The notes under the pieces were generated by a model, which was given only the letters and a program-made list of their open reading frames with translations, did not search any database and was not told where the DNA came from. The position numbers were made by a program, and so were the translations under genes. Of a stretch of DNA of 64,000 nt, positions 18,350-29,705 are shown in pieces. Source of the DNA: Candidatus Latescibacterota bacterium (lineage in GTDB: Bacteria; Latescibacterota; UBA2968); the NCBI GenBank assembly GCA_965208125.1, contig OZ242320.1:1472001-1536000 (forward strand), written 5' to 3'. Position 1 is the first letter of the stretch. Each line of letters opens with the position of its first letter.

Positions 18350-20122
18350 ATGCTTTCTCGATTTTTGACATTTTTTACGATCTGCATGCTACATGGATTG
18401 ACCAGTGCCGAGTTGTACATGTCCGTCGATGATATCCAGCGCGGCATGAAAGGCGTGGGGCGCACGGTATTTCAAGGCACCCGCATCGATACATTTGGCG
18501 TTGAAGTATTAGGCGTCTTACGCAATGTCTTTGGTCCCAAAAGCGATATGATTCTCGCTCGTCTGTCCGGCGGTCCCATGGCGCAAACCGGCGTCATCGC
18601 TGGCATGAGTGGCAGCCCGGTATATATCGAAGGCAAACTCGTCGGGGCAGTCGGCTACAGTATTGGTGCATTCGCAGAAGAGCCTATCGCGGGGATCACG
18701 CCAATTGGCGAGATGATGACGGTACTCCAGCGCGCATCGCGGGATACCATGTCGAGCGCGACATTTGGATCCGCGCCCTGGGATGGACAAATAGCTGGTG
18801 TACACGGCGGTGTGTTAAAACCCGTGGCTGTACCTTTGATGCTTTCGGGATTTGCCCCGCAAGTAGTCGCGGAATTTCGCGAAGAGCTGTCAAAATACGG
18901 CCTGTTGCCCATGCAGGGCGGCGGCGGAACAGACCCATCTCTATCTGTCGGTCCCTTTGAACCTGGCGCACCTCTGGGTGTGCAATTGGTTCGGGGCGAT
19001 CTCAGTGTCACGGGCATTGGCACGCTGACGCATCGCGTGGGTAATAAAGTCGTGGGGTTTGGTCATCCTCTGTTATTTGGCGGTCGCACGGCCATGTCTA
19101 TGACCGCAGCATTTATTCATGAAGTAATCTCCAGCCAGATGCTTTCGTTTAAGGTGGGCACTGCATCGCAACATATCGGTGTGATATTACAAGACCGCGC
19201 ACCGGGCATTGCTGGCTTGATAGGATCTGAAGCAGAAATGATGCCGGTGCGTATCTCTATCGCATCTCCCAACCACGACGCCTCGTTTAATATGGAGGTA
19301 TTTCGCCACAGAGAATTAGGTCCGTTGCTGGTGCGGATGGCTGTAGCGACCTCGGTTATCTCCGCTGAAAAATTGACGGGTGAAACCACTGTCGCAGGGC
19401 AATTGACATTGCACATGCCCAAACGCGAACCCGTGATAGTAAAAAATAAGTACGCAGGTACTCAGGGGCTTGGACTGGCGGTGCTGGGCTTAACACAACC
19501 CCTTGCACAGGTGATTCAGAATCCTTTTGTCGAAGCCAATATTGACTCCGCTGTATTTCAATTATCCGTTGAAGAACGCGCTCAAAGTGCCCGTATTGAG
19601 GGGCTGCGATTGGATCGTTTGCAATACGAACCGGGCGATACAGTACATGTCTCTGTTGCCCTATCTCCCTTGCTGGGCAAGCGCGAAATCGTAGATGTCG
19701 CTCTGCCAATTCCCGAGTTTATAACACCAGGGCGTTTGATATTGCAGATTGTGAATGAGCGCGAACAGCAATTGCAAGATATAAAACGCACCGCATATCA
19801 ACCCAAAACACTGGGTGAACTGATTGGTCTAATCGAAAAATCGGGGCGCAATGATGTGCTCGTTGCGCGCTTTATAGCTTCCCGCTCCGCCGTGACAATG
19901 GGCGGACGCGAAATTTCGGGATTGCCCATATCGGTCATGTCAGCACTATCACTGGCGCGTGGATCAGATGTCGTACAAAAATCACAGCAATCGGTATATG
20001 CTCAAAAACACATGATGACCAACTATGTATTGATCGGCAGTCAAACGGCGATTCTGGTCGTAGGCAAAGACGGTAGTGCAACTTTTTCAAGCAGGAGAAG
20101 TTCGGGTGAAGAAAAAAGATAA
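18350..20122 (+). CDS. Secreted SpoIVB-like peptidase S55 domain protein
   Basis: Signal peptide, GMKGVGRTVFQG, GVIAGMSGSPVY (Ser nucleophile motif), FGHP. Confidence 0.85.
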   Translation: MLSRFLTFFTICMLHGLTSAELYMSVDDIQRGMKGVGRTVFQGTRIDTFGVEVLGVLRNVFGPKSDMILARLSGGPMAQTGVIAGMSGSPVYIEGKLVGAVGYSIGAFAEEPIAGITPIGEMMTVLQRASRDTMSSATFGSAPWDGQIAGVHGGVLKPVAVPLMLSGFAPQVVAEFREELSKYGLLPMQGGGGTDPSLSVGPFEPGAPLGVQLVRGDLSVTGIGTLTHRVGNKVVGFGHPLLFGGRTAMSMTAAFIHEVISSQMLSFKVGTASQHIGVILQDRAPGIAGLIGSEAEMMPVRISIASPNHDASFNMEVFRHRELGPLLVRMAVATSVISAEKLTGETTVAGQLTLHMPKREPVIVKNKYAGTQGLGLAVLGLTQPLAQVIQNPFVEANIDSAVFQLSVEERAQSARIEGLRLDRLQYEPGDTVHVSVALSPLLGKREIVDVALPIPEFITPGRLILQIVNEREQQLQDIKRTAYQPKTLGELIGLIEKSGRNDVLVARFIASRSAVTMGGREISGLPISVMSALSLARGSDVVQKSQQSVYAQKHMMTNYVLIGSQTAILVVGKDGSATFSSRRSSGEEKR

Positions 20123-22133
20123 AATATTGAGAACAGGAATCACACATGTACTGCTTCTCGTCCTACTTGGAACAATCGCAAACGCAGTGTCGCCTAAAAT
20201 TTGGCGAGAAGATTCACAGACGGCTTTCCTGAAAGGAGAACCCAATGGCGTGTCACTCACGCGGGAAGGCACGGTTACATTGGCGCCATCCTATAAACGG
20301 GTGGCAGATACAGGTGAAGACTTTGTTTGGGCACTATCTATAGATAAAAACCAAACCCTGTACATCGGAACCGGCAAAGAAGGTCGAATCTACATGCTCA
20401 AACCCGACAGCGATCGGGCAGAATTGTTATTTGATTCCCCTGAAGTTCACATATTTAGCCTCGCCATTGGTATAGATGGCGCGCTCTATGCGGGCACGTC
20501 GCCAGGTGGGCTGATTTATCGCATCGCACCGGGACGAGAACCCACGGAATTTTGTCAGACAGGTGACACCCATGTGTCTGCAATAGTCGCACGCCCGGGT
20601 GGTGGATTATATGCGGGTACAGGTGGTGACCGCGGGCGCGTTTTGAAAATTGACAAACAGGGCAAAATTGTCGCGCTGTACGCGAGCAAGGACCCCAATG
20701 TGGTATCGCTCGCGATAGGTGCTCAGGGCGAAATTTATGCCGGCACAGACAACAGTGGCCTGATTTATCGGGTGCGCGATCAGGGTGGTGCAGATGTGCT
20801 TTACGATGCCCGTGAAAAAGAGATTCACTCCCTGAGTGTAATGCCCAATGGCACAATTTACGCAACAGCGATGGCGCAAAGCGGTCGAACGGAAGGAAAT
20901 GGGAGAGAGCAAAAAGGATCAGATCAACCCGGCGCAACACTGTATGCGATCCAACCTTCGGGATTGGCAATGCGACTGTGGAATACTAATGACCCGATGT
21001 TGTTAGATTCTGTAATTAGTGCCAATGGAACAGTAACAGTGGTCACGGGAAAATACGGCCGTGTACATCGCGTTTGGCCCGATGGCAACGCCACTTTGCT
21101 CACAGTATTAAAAAATGTAAATCCCTGGGTTATGGTCGCCACGCACAAAAATGCACTGTGGATTGGATGCAGTGGATCCGGTGAAATTTATCGAATAGAA
21201 AAAGAATTTGCCAGAGAAGGACAACTCACATCTGAACCTTATGACTTTGATCGGGTATCGCATTGGGGGCGCGTATCATGGCAAAGCGAAACACCATCGG
21301 AAACATCGGTCGCTGTTCAAACGCGATCCGGCAACAGCGAAGAACCCGATGATACGTGGAGCGCGTGGTCAGAGCCAATCACCACATCTGGAAAACCCAT
21401 TACCAGTCGCCCGGGGCGTTTTTTGCAATATCGGTTGGTTTTGAAGACACAATCAGAAAATGCGACACCTCTGGTGCGTTCTATCAAACTCGCGGGCTTA
21501 CAGGACAATGTTCATCCCCGAATATTACGGGTTAAAGCCGAGGCCGGTCTATCTGGCAACGAAGGTGAAAATCCGGAATTTATAGAAAAAGGCGTGTGGA
21601 AAATTGATTGGACTGCCGGTGATGCCAACGACGATGCCTTGATTTATACCCTGTATTTTAGAAGTATTGGCGAAACGCACTGGCGGCTATTAAAAGACGA
21701 TTTGAAGACCTCGCATTATTTCTGGCACACCGAAGCTGTTCCCGATGGCACAGTCGAAGTTAAGGTCGTAGCATCAGACCGATTGGACAATCCCGTCGAA
21801 CAAGCATTAATAGCCGAGGCGATCAGTGCGCCTTTTGAAATTGATAATTCGGCACCAACAGTACAGCTACACAACATAGAGCAGATTGACAAAAAGATAA
21901 GCGTAACCGGTTCAATTCAAGATGCTACCACTGCGATTCACAGGGCAGCGTACTCGCTCAATTCCGACGATTGGAAGGTCATCTTCCCCACTGACCAGAT
22001 ATTTGATTCGCCGACAGAGACACTGAATTTTTCTCTTCAAAATTTGAAAACCGGCTCTTATACACTCGTAGTGAAAGCGGAAGATGCACTGGGCAACGTG
22101 GGGGTTGGAAAAACCGTTTTTGAAGTAAAATAA
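20106..22133 (+). CDS. Secreted beta-propeller protein with C-terminal Fn3/Ig-like domains
   Basis: Repeated LYxGT...GxIYR blades, TRSGNS..PDDTWSAWS, FLQYRL, DNSAP. GTG start follows AGGAG. Confidence 0.75.
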   Translation: MKKKDKILRTGITHVLLLVLLGTIANAVSPKIWREDSQTAFLKGEPNGVSLTREGTVTLAPSYKRVADTGEDFVWALSIDKNQTLYIGTGKEGRIYMLKPDSDRAELLFDSPEVHIFSLAIGIDGALYAGTSPGGLIYRIAPGREPTEFCQTGDTHVSAIVARPGGGLYAGTGGDRGRVLKIDKQGKIVALYASKDPNVVSLAIGAQGEIYAGTDNSGLIYRVRDQGGADVLYDAREKEIHSLSVMPNGTIYATAMAQSGRTEGNGREQKGSDQPGATLYAIQPSGLAMRLWNTNDPMLLDSVISANGTVTVVTGKYGRVHRVWPDGNATLLTVLKNVNPWVMVATHKNALWIGCSGSGEIYRIEKEFAREGQLTSEPYDFDRVSHWGRVSWQSETPSETSVAVQTRSGNSEEPDDTWSAWSEPITTSGKPITSRPGRFLQYRLVLKTQSENATPLVRSIKLAGLQDNVHPRILRVKAEAGLSGNEGENPEFIEKGVWKIDWTAGDANDDALIYTLYFRSIGETHWRLLKDDLKTSHYFWHTEAVPDGTVEVKVVASDRLDNPVEQALIAEAISAPFEIDNSAPTVQLHNIEQIDKKISVTGSIQDATTAIHRAAYSLNSDDWKVIFPTDQIFDSPTETLNFSLQNLKTGSYTLVVKAEDALGNVGVGKTVFEVK

Positions 22134-22819
22134 TGAATGAATTCGAAATCAAATATCGGTCAACCGGATTGCCTTTTGTCACCTTAAAACTGGCGCAAAC
22201 ACTGGACGGCAACATCGCCACCTGCACAGGCGACTCGAAGTGGATCACATCAAAAGCATCGCGGGTGCGCGGGCATCAACTTCGCGCAGAGGCCGACGCA
22301 ATCCTGGTCGGGCGCGGCACAGTGATGGCCGACGACCCGGAATTATCCGTGCGATATGCCGATGGATGCAGCCCGACAAAGATCGTACTGGACTCTCAGT
22401 TAAAAATCGGATCAAACGCCAAAATTTTTAGCGGGGCACCTTTGATTATAGCAACGTCTAACGAAGTGTGCAAAAAACGGATAAAAGAGCAAAAAAAAGG
22501 AGCGCAAATCTGGCAATTGCCAATACTGGATGGTCAAATAGACCTGAAGGCAGTCTTGCAAAAAGCCGCTCTATCGGGATTGCGGCACATCCTGATCGAA
22601 GGCGGCAGCCGCGTGGCTGCATCGGCATTGCGCCTGAGCCTGGTAGATCGGATAGCCGCATTTGTCGCTCCAAAAATACTGGGCGCGGGAATACCCGCAA
22701 TCGGATCTTTAAACATCACTTCAATAACCGATGCAATTGAACTTGAAAACGTAAAAGTCGAATCTATCGGCAATGATTTCTTGTTCACTGCTCGCGTAAA
22801 AAAAACGTCCAAAAATTAG
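22133..22819 (+). CDS. ribD: RibD reductase domain only (no deaminase domain)
   Basis: PFVTLKLAQTLDG, SKWIT, DAILVGRGTV..DDPEL, LIEGG. No HAE/PCxxC deaminase motif. Confidence 0.88.
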   Translation: MNEFEIKYRSTGLPFVTLKLAQTLDGNIATCTGDSKWITSKASRVRGHQLRAEADAILVGRGTVMADDPELSVRYADGCSPTKIVLDSQLKIGSNAKIFSGAPLIIATSNEVCKKRIKEQKKGAQIWQLPILDGQIDLKAVLQKAALSGLRHILIEGGSRVAASALRLSLVDRIAAFVAPKILGAGIPAIGSLNITSITDAIELENVKVESIGNDFLFTARVKKTSKN

Positions 22820-22823
22820 CGAC

Positions 22824-23468
22824 ATGTTTACTGGCATTGTAGAAGAAGTGGGAATAATTCGGCACATTGAATCGCGCGCGGGTTATCAGCGCACGACCAT
22901 AGCAGCGAAGCAGGTACTCAATAGCGTAAAAATAGGCGACAGCATTGCCATTGAAGGTGCGTGCCATACCGTCGTACATTTTGATACCGACACATTTGTG
23001 ATCGAATCCATAGCAGAAACACTGCAAAAAACGACATTGGGTGATTGCCGCGTGGGTAGCCGCGTCAATCTGGAGCGATCATTAAAACTCGGCGACCGCC
23101 TCGACGGTCATCTCGTTGCCGCACACGTAGATGGCGTGGGCCGCGTGAAAAGCCGCACGGAATCTCCCGATCAAATTGTATTTGAGTTTGAAGTACCGTC
23201 TGAGCTGGCTCCTTATATTGCCCAAAAAGGCTCTGTCACCGTCAATGGAATTAGCCTGACAGTGGTTTCAGTAACCGATCGCACCTTTTCGATCGCGGCA
23301 ATTCCGCACACGCTAAAAGTGACGACATTGTCGGAAAAATATCCGGGTGACCGGGTAAATATAGAAGTGGATATGATCGCGCGTTATCTGGAGCGTTTGG
23401 TGCAACTCGGGAATGGAAAAAATAAGCTCACAGAAAATCGCATTCGGGAGATGATGGGCGACCAATAG
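22824..23468 (+). CDS. ribE: Riboflavin synthase (alpha chain)
   Basis: MFTGIVEE N-terminus, [20 protein letters not shown]. Confidence 0.95.
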   Translation: MFTGIVEEVGIIRHIESRAGYQRTTIAAKQVLNSVKIGDSIAIEGACHTVVHFDTDTFVIESIAETLQKTTLGDCRVGSRVNLERSLKLGDRLDGHLVAAHVDGVGRVKSRTESPDQIVFEFEVPSELAPYIAQKGSVTVNGISLTVVSVTDRTFSIAAIPHTLKVTTLSEKYPGDRVNIEVDMIARYLERLVQLGNGKNKLTENRIREMMGDQ

Positions 23469-23485
23469 TTTGCAGGGAGATATAT

Positions 23486-24736
23486 ATGGGCAAAATCGCA
23501 ACAATAGAAGAAGCCCTCGAAGATATTCGAGCGGGAAAAATCGTCATTGTCGTCGATGACGAAGACCGGGAAAATGAAGGCGACTTCATCATGGCTGCGC
23601 AAAAGGTCACATCTGAGGCCATTAATTTTATGGCACGCCATGGACGCGGACTGATCTGCTTGCCCGCAACGCCCGACCGCCTCAAAGAACTCGACCTGGA
23701 CATGATGGTCAATACCAACACAGCGCTTCACGGCACGCCATTCACTGTAAGCATCGACGCGCTCTACGGTGTGACAACCGGTATCTCCGCACAGGACCGA
23801 GCGGAAACAATTCGACAATTTGTAGATCCCAAATCGCGGTCTGAAAATTTTGGCCGGCCAGGTCACATTTTCCCACTTCGCGCAATGCCCGGCGGGGTTT
23901 TGAGACGAGCGGGACACACAGAAGCAGCCGTAGATCTGGCGCGTTTGGCCGGCCTGTATCCCGCCGGTGTACTATGTGAAATCCTGAATGAAGACGGCAC
24001 CATGGCCCGCTTGCCACAGCTTTTGGAAATTGCCGATCAATTCGGCTTGAAGGTAACGACAATTCACGATCTGATTGCTTATCGCCGCCGTTCCGAAAAA
24101 CTGGTGCGCTGTGTCGAGCAAGTGGATATGCCCACGCGATTTGGCGCGTTTCAATTACACCTGTATGAAAGCGACGTGGATGAACGCGAACACGTCGCAC
24201 TGGTAAAAGGCGACCTTTCCGGCGATACACCCGTAATGGTGCGAATGCACTCCGAGTGCTTGACGGGTGACTCACTCGGTTCATTGCGATGTGATTGCGA
24301 AAAAAACTTGCACTCTGCACTCGAAATGATCGAAAAAGAGGGACGCGGCGCACTGGTGTATATGCGGCAGGAAGGGCGAGGAATTGGCCTGCGGGCAAAA
24401 TTGCACGCGTACAAACTACAAGAAGAGGGATATGATACCGTAGAAGCCAACCTGAAACTCGGGTTCAAGATGGACGAACGAGACTATGGCATTGGCGCGC
24501 AAATTTTGTCGGACTTGGGAATCAGAAAAGTCGTACTCATCACCAATAATCCATCAAAGCGCGTGGGCCTGGAAGCATATGGAATAGAAATTATAGACAG
24601 CACCCCGGTCGCCATTCAGGTCAACAAATGGAACTTGACATATATGCGAACCAAGCAAGAAAAGATGGGCCATTTATTTAAAGAGGACGAATTGCAATTA
24701 GGCGAAGAAGGAGATCGCGATGCCCAGAGTTTATGA
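23486..24736 (+). CDS. ribBA: Bifunctional DHBP synthase / GTP cyclohydrolase II
   Basis: [43 protein letters not shown]. Confidence 0.96.
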   Translation: MGKIATIEEALEDIRAGKIVIVVDDEDRENEGDFIMAAQKVTSEAINFMARHGRGLICLPATPDRLKELDLDMMVNTNTALHGTPFTVSIDALYGVTTGISAQDRAETIRQFVDPKSRSENFGRPGHIFPLRAMPGGVLRRAGHTEAAVDLARLAGLYPAGVLCEILNEDGTMARLPQLLEIADQFGLKVTTIHDLIAYRRRSEKLVRCVEQVDMPTRFGAFQLHLYESDVDEREHVALVKGDLSGDTPVMVRMHSECLTGDSLGSLRCDCEKNLHSALEMIEKEGRGALVYMRQEGRGIGLRAKLHAYKLQEEGYDTVEANLKLGFKMDERDYGIGAQILSDLGIRKVVLITNNPSKRVGLEAYGIEIIDSTPVAIQVNKWNLTYMRTKQEKMGHLFKEDELQLGEEGDRDAQSL

Positions 24737-25196
24737 AGGTCAGCTATCGGCAGAAGGCAAACGGTTTGGCATTGTGGTGGGGCGATTCAATGCATTTATC
24801 AGCAAAGAACTGCTCGGTGGCGCGCTCGACTGTATTGCGCGGCACGGTGGCGATACAGATGCCATAGACGTGGTATGGGTACCGGGAAGTTTTGAAATTC
24901 CCACGATGGCACAAAAAATGGCGCAAAGCGGTCGATATGACGCACTTATCTGTCTGGGCGCAATAATCAGAGGTAGCACACCGCATTTTGACTACGTATG
25001 CAACGAAGCCGCAAAAGGTGTGGCATCTGTTGGTCGCGAAACAGGTGTACCCACCATATTTGGTATTTTGACAACCGATACCATTGAACAGGCGATTGAG
25101 AGGGCAGGTACAAAAGCCGGCAATAAGGGTTGGGAAGCTGCACTGGGCGCGATTGAAATGATTGGCGTCATCGCTGCCTGGGAGTCCGAAGAATGA
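24720..25196 (+). CDS. ribH: Lumazine synthase
   Basis: [35 protein letters not shown]. Confidence 0.96.
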   Translation: MPRVYEGQLSAEGKRFGIVVGRFNAFISKELLGGALDCIARHGGDTDAIDVVWVPGSFEIPTMAQKMAQSGRYDALICLGAIIRGSTPHFDYVCNEAAKGVASVGRETGVPTIFGILTTDTIEQAIERAGTKAGNKGWEAALGAIEMIGVIAAWESEE

Positions 25197-25600
25197 TAAA
25201 ATCGAGACGCAAAGCGCGTCAGGCTGCGTTGCAAGCACTTTATTGGACCGCGAGCGTGGGCGATCCCGTGCAACAGACAGCGCAGACCATGTGCATCCGT
25301 GCGCGCCTTTCGGCATTGAGCTCGGATTTTGCGATAAATCTGGCCCAAACAGCCTGGGAGCACCGCGAAGAACTGGACGCATCTATTGAACCCGTGCTGG
25401 AAAACTGGTCATTAGACCGAGTTTCGCGCATCGACCGAATCGTGCTCTGGATGGCACTTGCGGAAATGCGCTATTTCGAAGATATTCCCTACAAAGTCTC
25501 TATTGACGAAGCCATAGAACTGGCCAAGCAATTTAGCGAAGCCAATGCTTCTAACTTTATCAACGGTATTCTCGACACCCTATCCAAAGAGTATCTATGA
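25193..25600 (+). CDS. nusB: Transcription antitermination factor
   Basis: [14 protein letters not shown]...[11 protein letters not shown]...FINGILD; conserved ribH-nusB synteny. Confidence 0.94.
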   Translation: MIKSRRKARQAALQALYWTASVGDPVQQTAQTMCIRARLSALSSDFAINLAQTAWEHREELDASIEPVLENWSLDRVSRIDRIVLWMALAEMRYFEDIPYKVSIDEAIELAKQFSEANASNFINGILDTLSKEYL

Positions 25601-25615
25601 AAGCAAAAAAATCCA

Positions 25616-26350
25616 ATGGATAATATTGGACGCATTGCGATTTTCTCAGATGTACACGGAAATCTCGAAGCCTTGCAAACCGTACTGGAAAAAATTTCAG
25701 AAGCGCAGGTAGATCGAATTGTTTGTTTGGGCGATATGGTTGGGTACGGCGCAGACCCCAATATGTGTATAGAACGCGTGCGCGAAGTATCGGACCTCGT
25801 ACTTGCGGGCAATCACGACTGGGCAGCTGTGGGCCTGGAAGACCCGGGGTTTTTTAATCCCGTGGCACTGGCGGCGATTCAATGGACTGTTCAGATGCTC
25901 AGTGATGAAAACGCCTCGCTGTTGCGTTCTTACCAACCCTTTCAAAATGAATCTACTTGTTGTTATGCCCACGCTTCGCCAATTGAACCCGAGTTATGGC
26001 ACTATTTATTCGACCCCGAAGATGGCTGGCTAATGCTCGCACAAACCAACTTTGAGATGTGTTTTGTCGGTCATTCTCACCGCGCATTTGTGTGCTCGGC
26101 ATCTCAAAAAACAGTACTTATGCACGAAGGAGAAGTGCAATTGTCCGACAATGACCGTTATCTCGTAAATGTCGGCAGTGTGGGACAACCTCGCGACGGT
26201 GATGCGCGAGCGGCTTTTGTCGTGTGGGATCGAGAAAAAGGGAACCTCCAATTGCGCCGCGTGTCTTACGATGTGGCAACAGCACAGGCCAAAATTCTAT
26301 CCGCGGGACTTCCGCCTTTTTTGGCCGAACGCATCGAACTTGGGATGTGA
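25616..26350 (+). CDS. Calcineurin-like metallophosphoesterase
   Basis: SDVHGN, LGDMVGYG, GNHD, GHSH, NVGSVGQPRD. Confidence 0.9.
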   Translation: MDNIGRIAIFSDVHGNLEALQTVLEKISEAQVDRIVCLGDMVGYGADPNMCIERVREVSDLVLAGNHDWAAVGLEDPGFFNPVALAAIQWTVQMLSDENASLLRSYQPFQNESTCCYAHASPIEPELWHYLFDPEDGWLMLAQTNFEMCFVGHSHRAFVCSASQKTVLMHEGEVQLSDNDRYLVNVGSVGQPRDGDARAAFVVWDREKGNLQLRRVSYDVATAQAKILSAGLPPFLAERIELGM

Positions 26351-26357
26351 GAAGTAA

Positions 26358-26442
26358 GGGACGGCACAGGGGCCGTCCCCTACGATGATATTGTGGTTTG
26401 TAGGGGCGACCCCCTGTGGTCGCCCGCTGACTGCTGACCGCT
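26358..26442. repeat. Inverted pair of GTAG-type REPs followed by a GCTGAC(C/T) heptamer run
   Basis: GGGACGGCACAGGGGCCGTCCCCTAC (26358-26383), GTAGGGGCGACCCCCTGTGGTCGCCC (26400-26425), then gctgact gctgacc gct. Confidence 0.82.
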
Positions 26443-26464
26443 CATTATCCACAGGATAATCACA

Positions 26465-29400
26465 ATGAACTTCCTGACAAAAATTTTCGGTAGCAAACAC
26501 GATCGGGACGTAAAGAAAATGCAACCGATTGTGGATGAAATTAATCAACTCTACGAAGAATATGCCTCTTTGTCCGACGAGGAATTAAAAGGCAAAACAA
26601 CAGAATTTCGCACGCGCATTGCCGAAGCGACTGATGATGCTCAAAAACATCTCATCCAGCTCAAGGAAGAAATGGCCGCGTTGCAACGAGACGAAGACCG
26701 CACCGAACAATTGGAAGCCATTGCCGAAATCGAAGCTGAAATCAAGGATATTGAGCGCGATGTGCTCGATGAAATTCATCCAGAGGCATTTGCCGTCTTT
26801 AAGGAAACGTGTCGGCGCTTCAAAGAGCGGGAGAAGTCCTGGGACCGGGCTGGCGATCAAATCGTATGGCATGAAATACCTTATGACGTGCAATTAATCG
26901 GTGCCACCGTATTGCATCAGGGCAAGATCGCCGAAATGGCCACGGGCGAAGGCAAGACATTGGCCGCGGGCCTGGCTTTGTACCTGAATGGCTTGCTCGG
27001 GCGCGGCGTACATCTCGTCACCGTAAACTCCTACCTCGCCAAGCGCGACGCCATGTGGCTGGGACCCGTGTATTTATTCCTGGGCCTCACCGTAGGCGTG
27101 ATACAGGATCGCGCATTGGGCGTGGAAGGTTTTATTATGGAAGAAGAGGGAAAAGACGGGTATCGCATGCGCGTGTGCGACCACAAAGACGCCTGTCTTA
27201 TGGATATCGTGTACGGCACAAAAGACCAGTTTGGTTTTGATTACCTCTACGATAACATGGCGATTCGCCCCGAAGACCTGATACAGCGCGAGCACTATTT
27301 TGCAATTATTGACGAGGTAGATAGCATCCTGATCGACGAGGCGCGCACACCACTGATTATTTCGGGACCCGTGTCGGAATCCACATCGCATCGGTATGAA
27401 GAAATGCGTCCGCTGGTCGAAAAATTGGTGCGAGCGCAAACCCGAGTCGTAAACAATATTTTAAAAGAAGCAGAAGAAGAACTCGAATCCGGCGATGAAT
27501 ACGAGGCCGGCATCTTGTTATTGCAGGTTCAGCGCGGAATGCCCAAAAACGGGCGCTTTATGAAGCGACTTCAAGAAGAGGGCATTAAGCGCCTCGTACA
27601 GCGGGTTGAATCCGATTATATCCGCGACAAGCGCACCGGGGAACTGGACGAAGACCTCTATTTCAGCATCGACGAAAAAAGCCACATCATCGACCTGACA
27701 GAAAAGGGACGCGATGAAATCAGCCGCAATCCAGACGATTTTGTATTGCCAGACCTCGATGAAGTACTTCGGGATATCGAAGAAAATAAATCGCTATCCG
27801 ATTCAGAAAAAGACCACGCAAAAGAAGCCGCCTATCAGGATTATGGAGAAAAAAATGAGTCTATCCACAGCGTGCGAAAATTGTTACAAGCCTATTCTCT
27901 ATACGAAAAAGACGTGCAATACATGATCGACGACGGCAAGGTTGTCATCGTCGATGAATTTACGGGACGGCCACAGCCCGGACGCCGTTTTGCCGATGGA
28001 TTGCACCAGGCATTGGAAGCAAAAGAAAAGGTAAAAGTCGAACGCGACACGCAAACAGTGGCAACCATTACGTTGCAAAATTACTTCAGACTCTATGACC
28101 GACTGGCGGGAATGACGGGCACTGCCGAAACAGAAGCCGAAGAATTTCATCAAATCTACAAGCTCGATGTGGTGGCAATCCCAACGCATGAGCCAGTGCG
28201 CCGCATCGACTTCAACGACTGGATATACCGCACAAAACGCGAAAAATACAATGCCTTGCTCGATGAAATCGTGCATTTGCACGAACAAAAACTGCCAGTC
28301 CTGGTCGGCACAATTTCCGTTGAAACCTCCGAATTGATTTCGCGGATGCTCACGCGCAAAAAAATCAAACACCAGGTACTCAATGCCCGACAAAATGTAC
28401 AAGAAGCGCAGATCATCGCGCAGGCCGGGCAACCCGGTGCCGTGACAATAGCAACCAACATGGCCGGGCGCGGTACAGATATCAAACTGGGCCCCGGCGT
28501 CATAAAAGCACCCGAAGAACACCAGTGCGCATTGATTTCAGATCCCGATAACACCCGGCCCCTGTGTCCGTACATAGACAAATACGGATGTCGAGATGAA
28601 GTCCCGTGTGGATTGAATATTATCGGCACCGAACGACACGAATCCCGGCGCATCGACCGGCAGCTTCGCGGTCGCTCTGGGCGGCAAGGGGACCCGGGAA
28701 GTTCGCGGTTTTTCATCTCACTGGAAGACGATTTGATGCGTCTATTTGGATCCGAGCGCATCGCCCGCGTCATGGACCGCCTAGGCGCCGAAGAAGGCGA
28801 AGTGATCGAACACAGCTGGGTGACAAAATCCATTGAAACCGCGCAAAAACGGGTTGAAGCGCGCAACTTTGAATTTCGGAAACAGGTGCTGGATTACGAC
28901 GACGTCATGAATCAACAGCGCGAAGTGATTTACGACAGACGCAGACACGCGCTGGAAGAAGAAGATATATCGGCGATGATCAGCGAAATGATCGACGAAA
29001 CCGTCGATGCACTACTCGATATTCATATACCGCCCGACGCACATCCCGAAGACTGGAATTTTGATGGCTTGATGGAAGATTTGCGCAATGTGTTTTTGCA
29101 AGCACCCGTCATACCCGATGAAGACCTGTCCCAATTGCGCGAAGCGGGTTTGAGAGATCGCGTGTTGCGCGGGATTCGCGAGGCTTATGATCGCCGCGAA
29201 AGAGTCCTTGGAGAAGACCGCATGCGCCAGATAGAACGCATGATTTACCTGAGCGTCTTTGATGAAAAATGGAAAGAACACCTCCGCGAGATGGACGATC
29301 TGAAAGAGGGCATTGGCCTTCGCGGTTATGGACAAAAAAATCCATTGATCGAGTACAAGCGCGAAGGTTATGAAATGTTTGTGGCATTGCTCGAAGACAT

Positions 29401-29683
29401 CAACCGCGAAACATTGCGACTGTTATTCCGCATTTCCGTCGAAGAAACACCCGCACAACCGCGCACCCAACAGCCCGCACGTCTGTCATTGGAACACCGC
29501 GATGCCACGGGAATGGGCTTTGCCGGCATGCCCGAACCGGGTGCCGAGGAATTGACCGCCAATTCCACAGAAGGCGATACGCCCAAAAAACAGCCGGTGC
29601 GCGTTGAAAAAAAGGTAGGACGAAACGCGCCATGTCCGTGTGGAAGTGGAAAGAAGTACAAACACTGCCATGGAAGAGTTTGA
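26465..29683 (+). CDS. secA: Protein translocase ATPase SecA
   Basis: [53 protein letters not shown]-terminal [14 protein letters not shown]. Confidence 0.98.
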   Translation: MNFLTKIFGSKHDRDVKKMQPIVDEINQLYEEYASLSDEELKGKTTEFRTRIAEATDDAQKHLIQLKEEMAALQRDEDRTEQLEAIAEIEAEIKDIERDVLDEIHPEAFAVFKETCRRFKEREKSWDRAGDQIVWHEIPYDVQLIGATVLHQGKIAEMATGEGKTLAAGLALYLNGLLGRGVHLVTVNSYLAKRDAMWLGPVYLFLGLTVGVIQDRALGVEGFIMEEEGKDGYRMRVCDHKDACLMDIVYGTKDQFGFDYLYDNMAIRPEDLIQREHYFAIIDEVDSILIDEARTPLIISGPVSESTSHRYEEMRPLVEKLVRAQTRVVNNILKEAEEELESGDEYEAGILLLQVQRGMPKNGRFMKRLQEEGIKRLVQRVESDYIRDKRTGELDEDLYFSIDEKSHIIDLTEKGRDEISRNPDDFVLPDLDEVLRDIEENKSLSDSEKDHAKEAAYQDYGEKNESIHSVRKLLQAYSLYEKDVQYMIDDGKVVIVDEFTGRPQPGRRFADGLHQALEAKEKVKVERDTQTVATITLQNYFRLYDRLAGMTGTAETEAEEFHQIYKLDVVAIPTHEPVRRIDFNDWIYRTKREKYNALLDEIVHLHEQKLPVLVGTISVETSELISRMLTRKKIKHQVLNARQNVQEAQIIAQAGQPGAVTIATNMAGRGTDIKLGPGVIKAPEEHQCALISDPDNTRPLCPYIDKYGCRDEVPCGLNIIGTERHESRRIDRQLRGRSGRQGDPGSSRFFISLEDDLMRLFGSERIARVMDRLGAEEGEVIEHSWVTKSIETAQKRVEARNFEFRKQVLDYDDVMNQQREVIYDRRRHALEEEDISAMISEMIDETVDALLDIHIPPDAHPEDWNFDGLMEDLRNVFLQAPVIPDEDLSQLREAGLRDRVLRGIREAYDRRERVLGEDRMRQIERMIYLSVFDEKWKEHLREMDDLKEGIGLRGYGQKNPLIEYKREGYEMFVALLEDINRETLRLLFRISVEETPAQPRTQQPARLSLEHRDATGMGFAGMPEPGAEELTANSTEGDTPKKQPVRVEKKVGRNAPCPCGSGKKYKHCHGRV

Positions 29684-29705
29684 GAAGCAATAAGGAGATA
29701 AGTCT

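Noticed and set aside
22050-22140. FMN riboswitch upstream of the rib genes
   Set aside because: No intergenic space and no RFN consensus seen.
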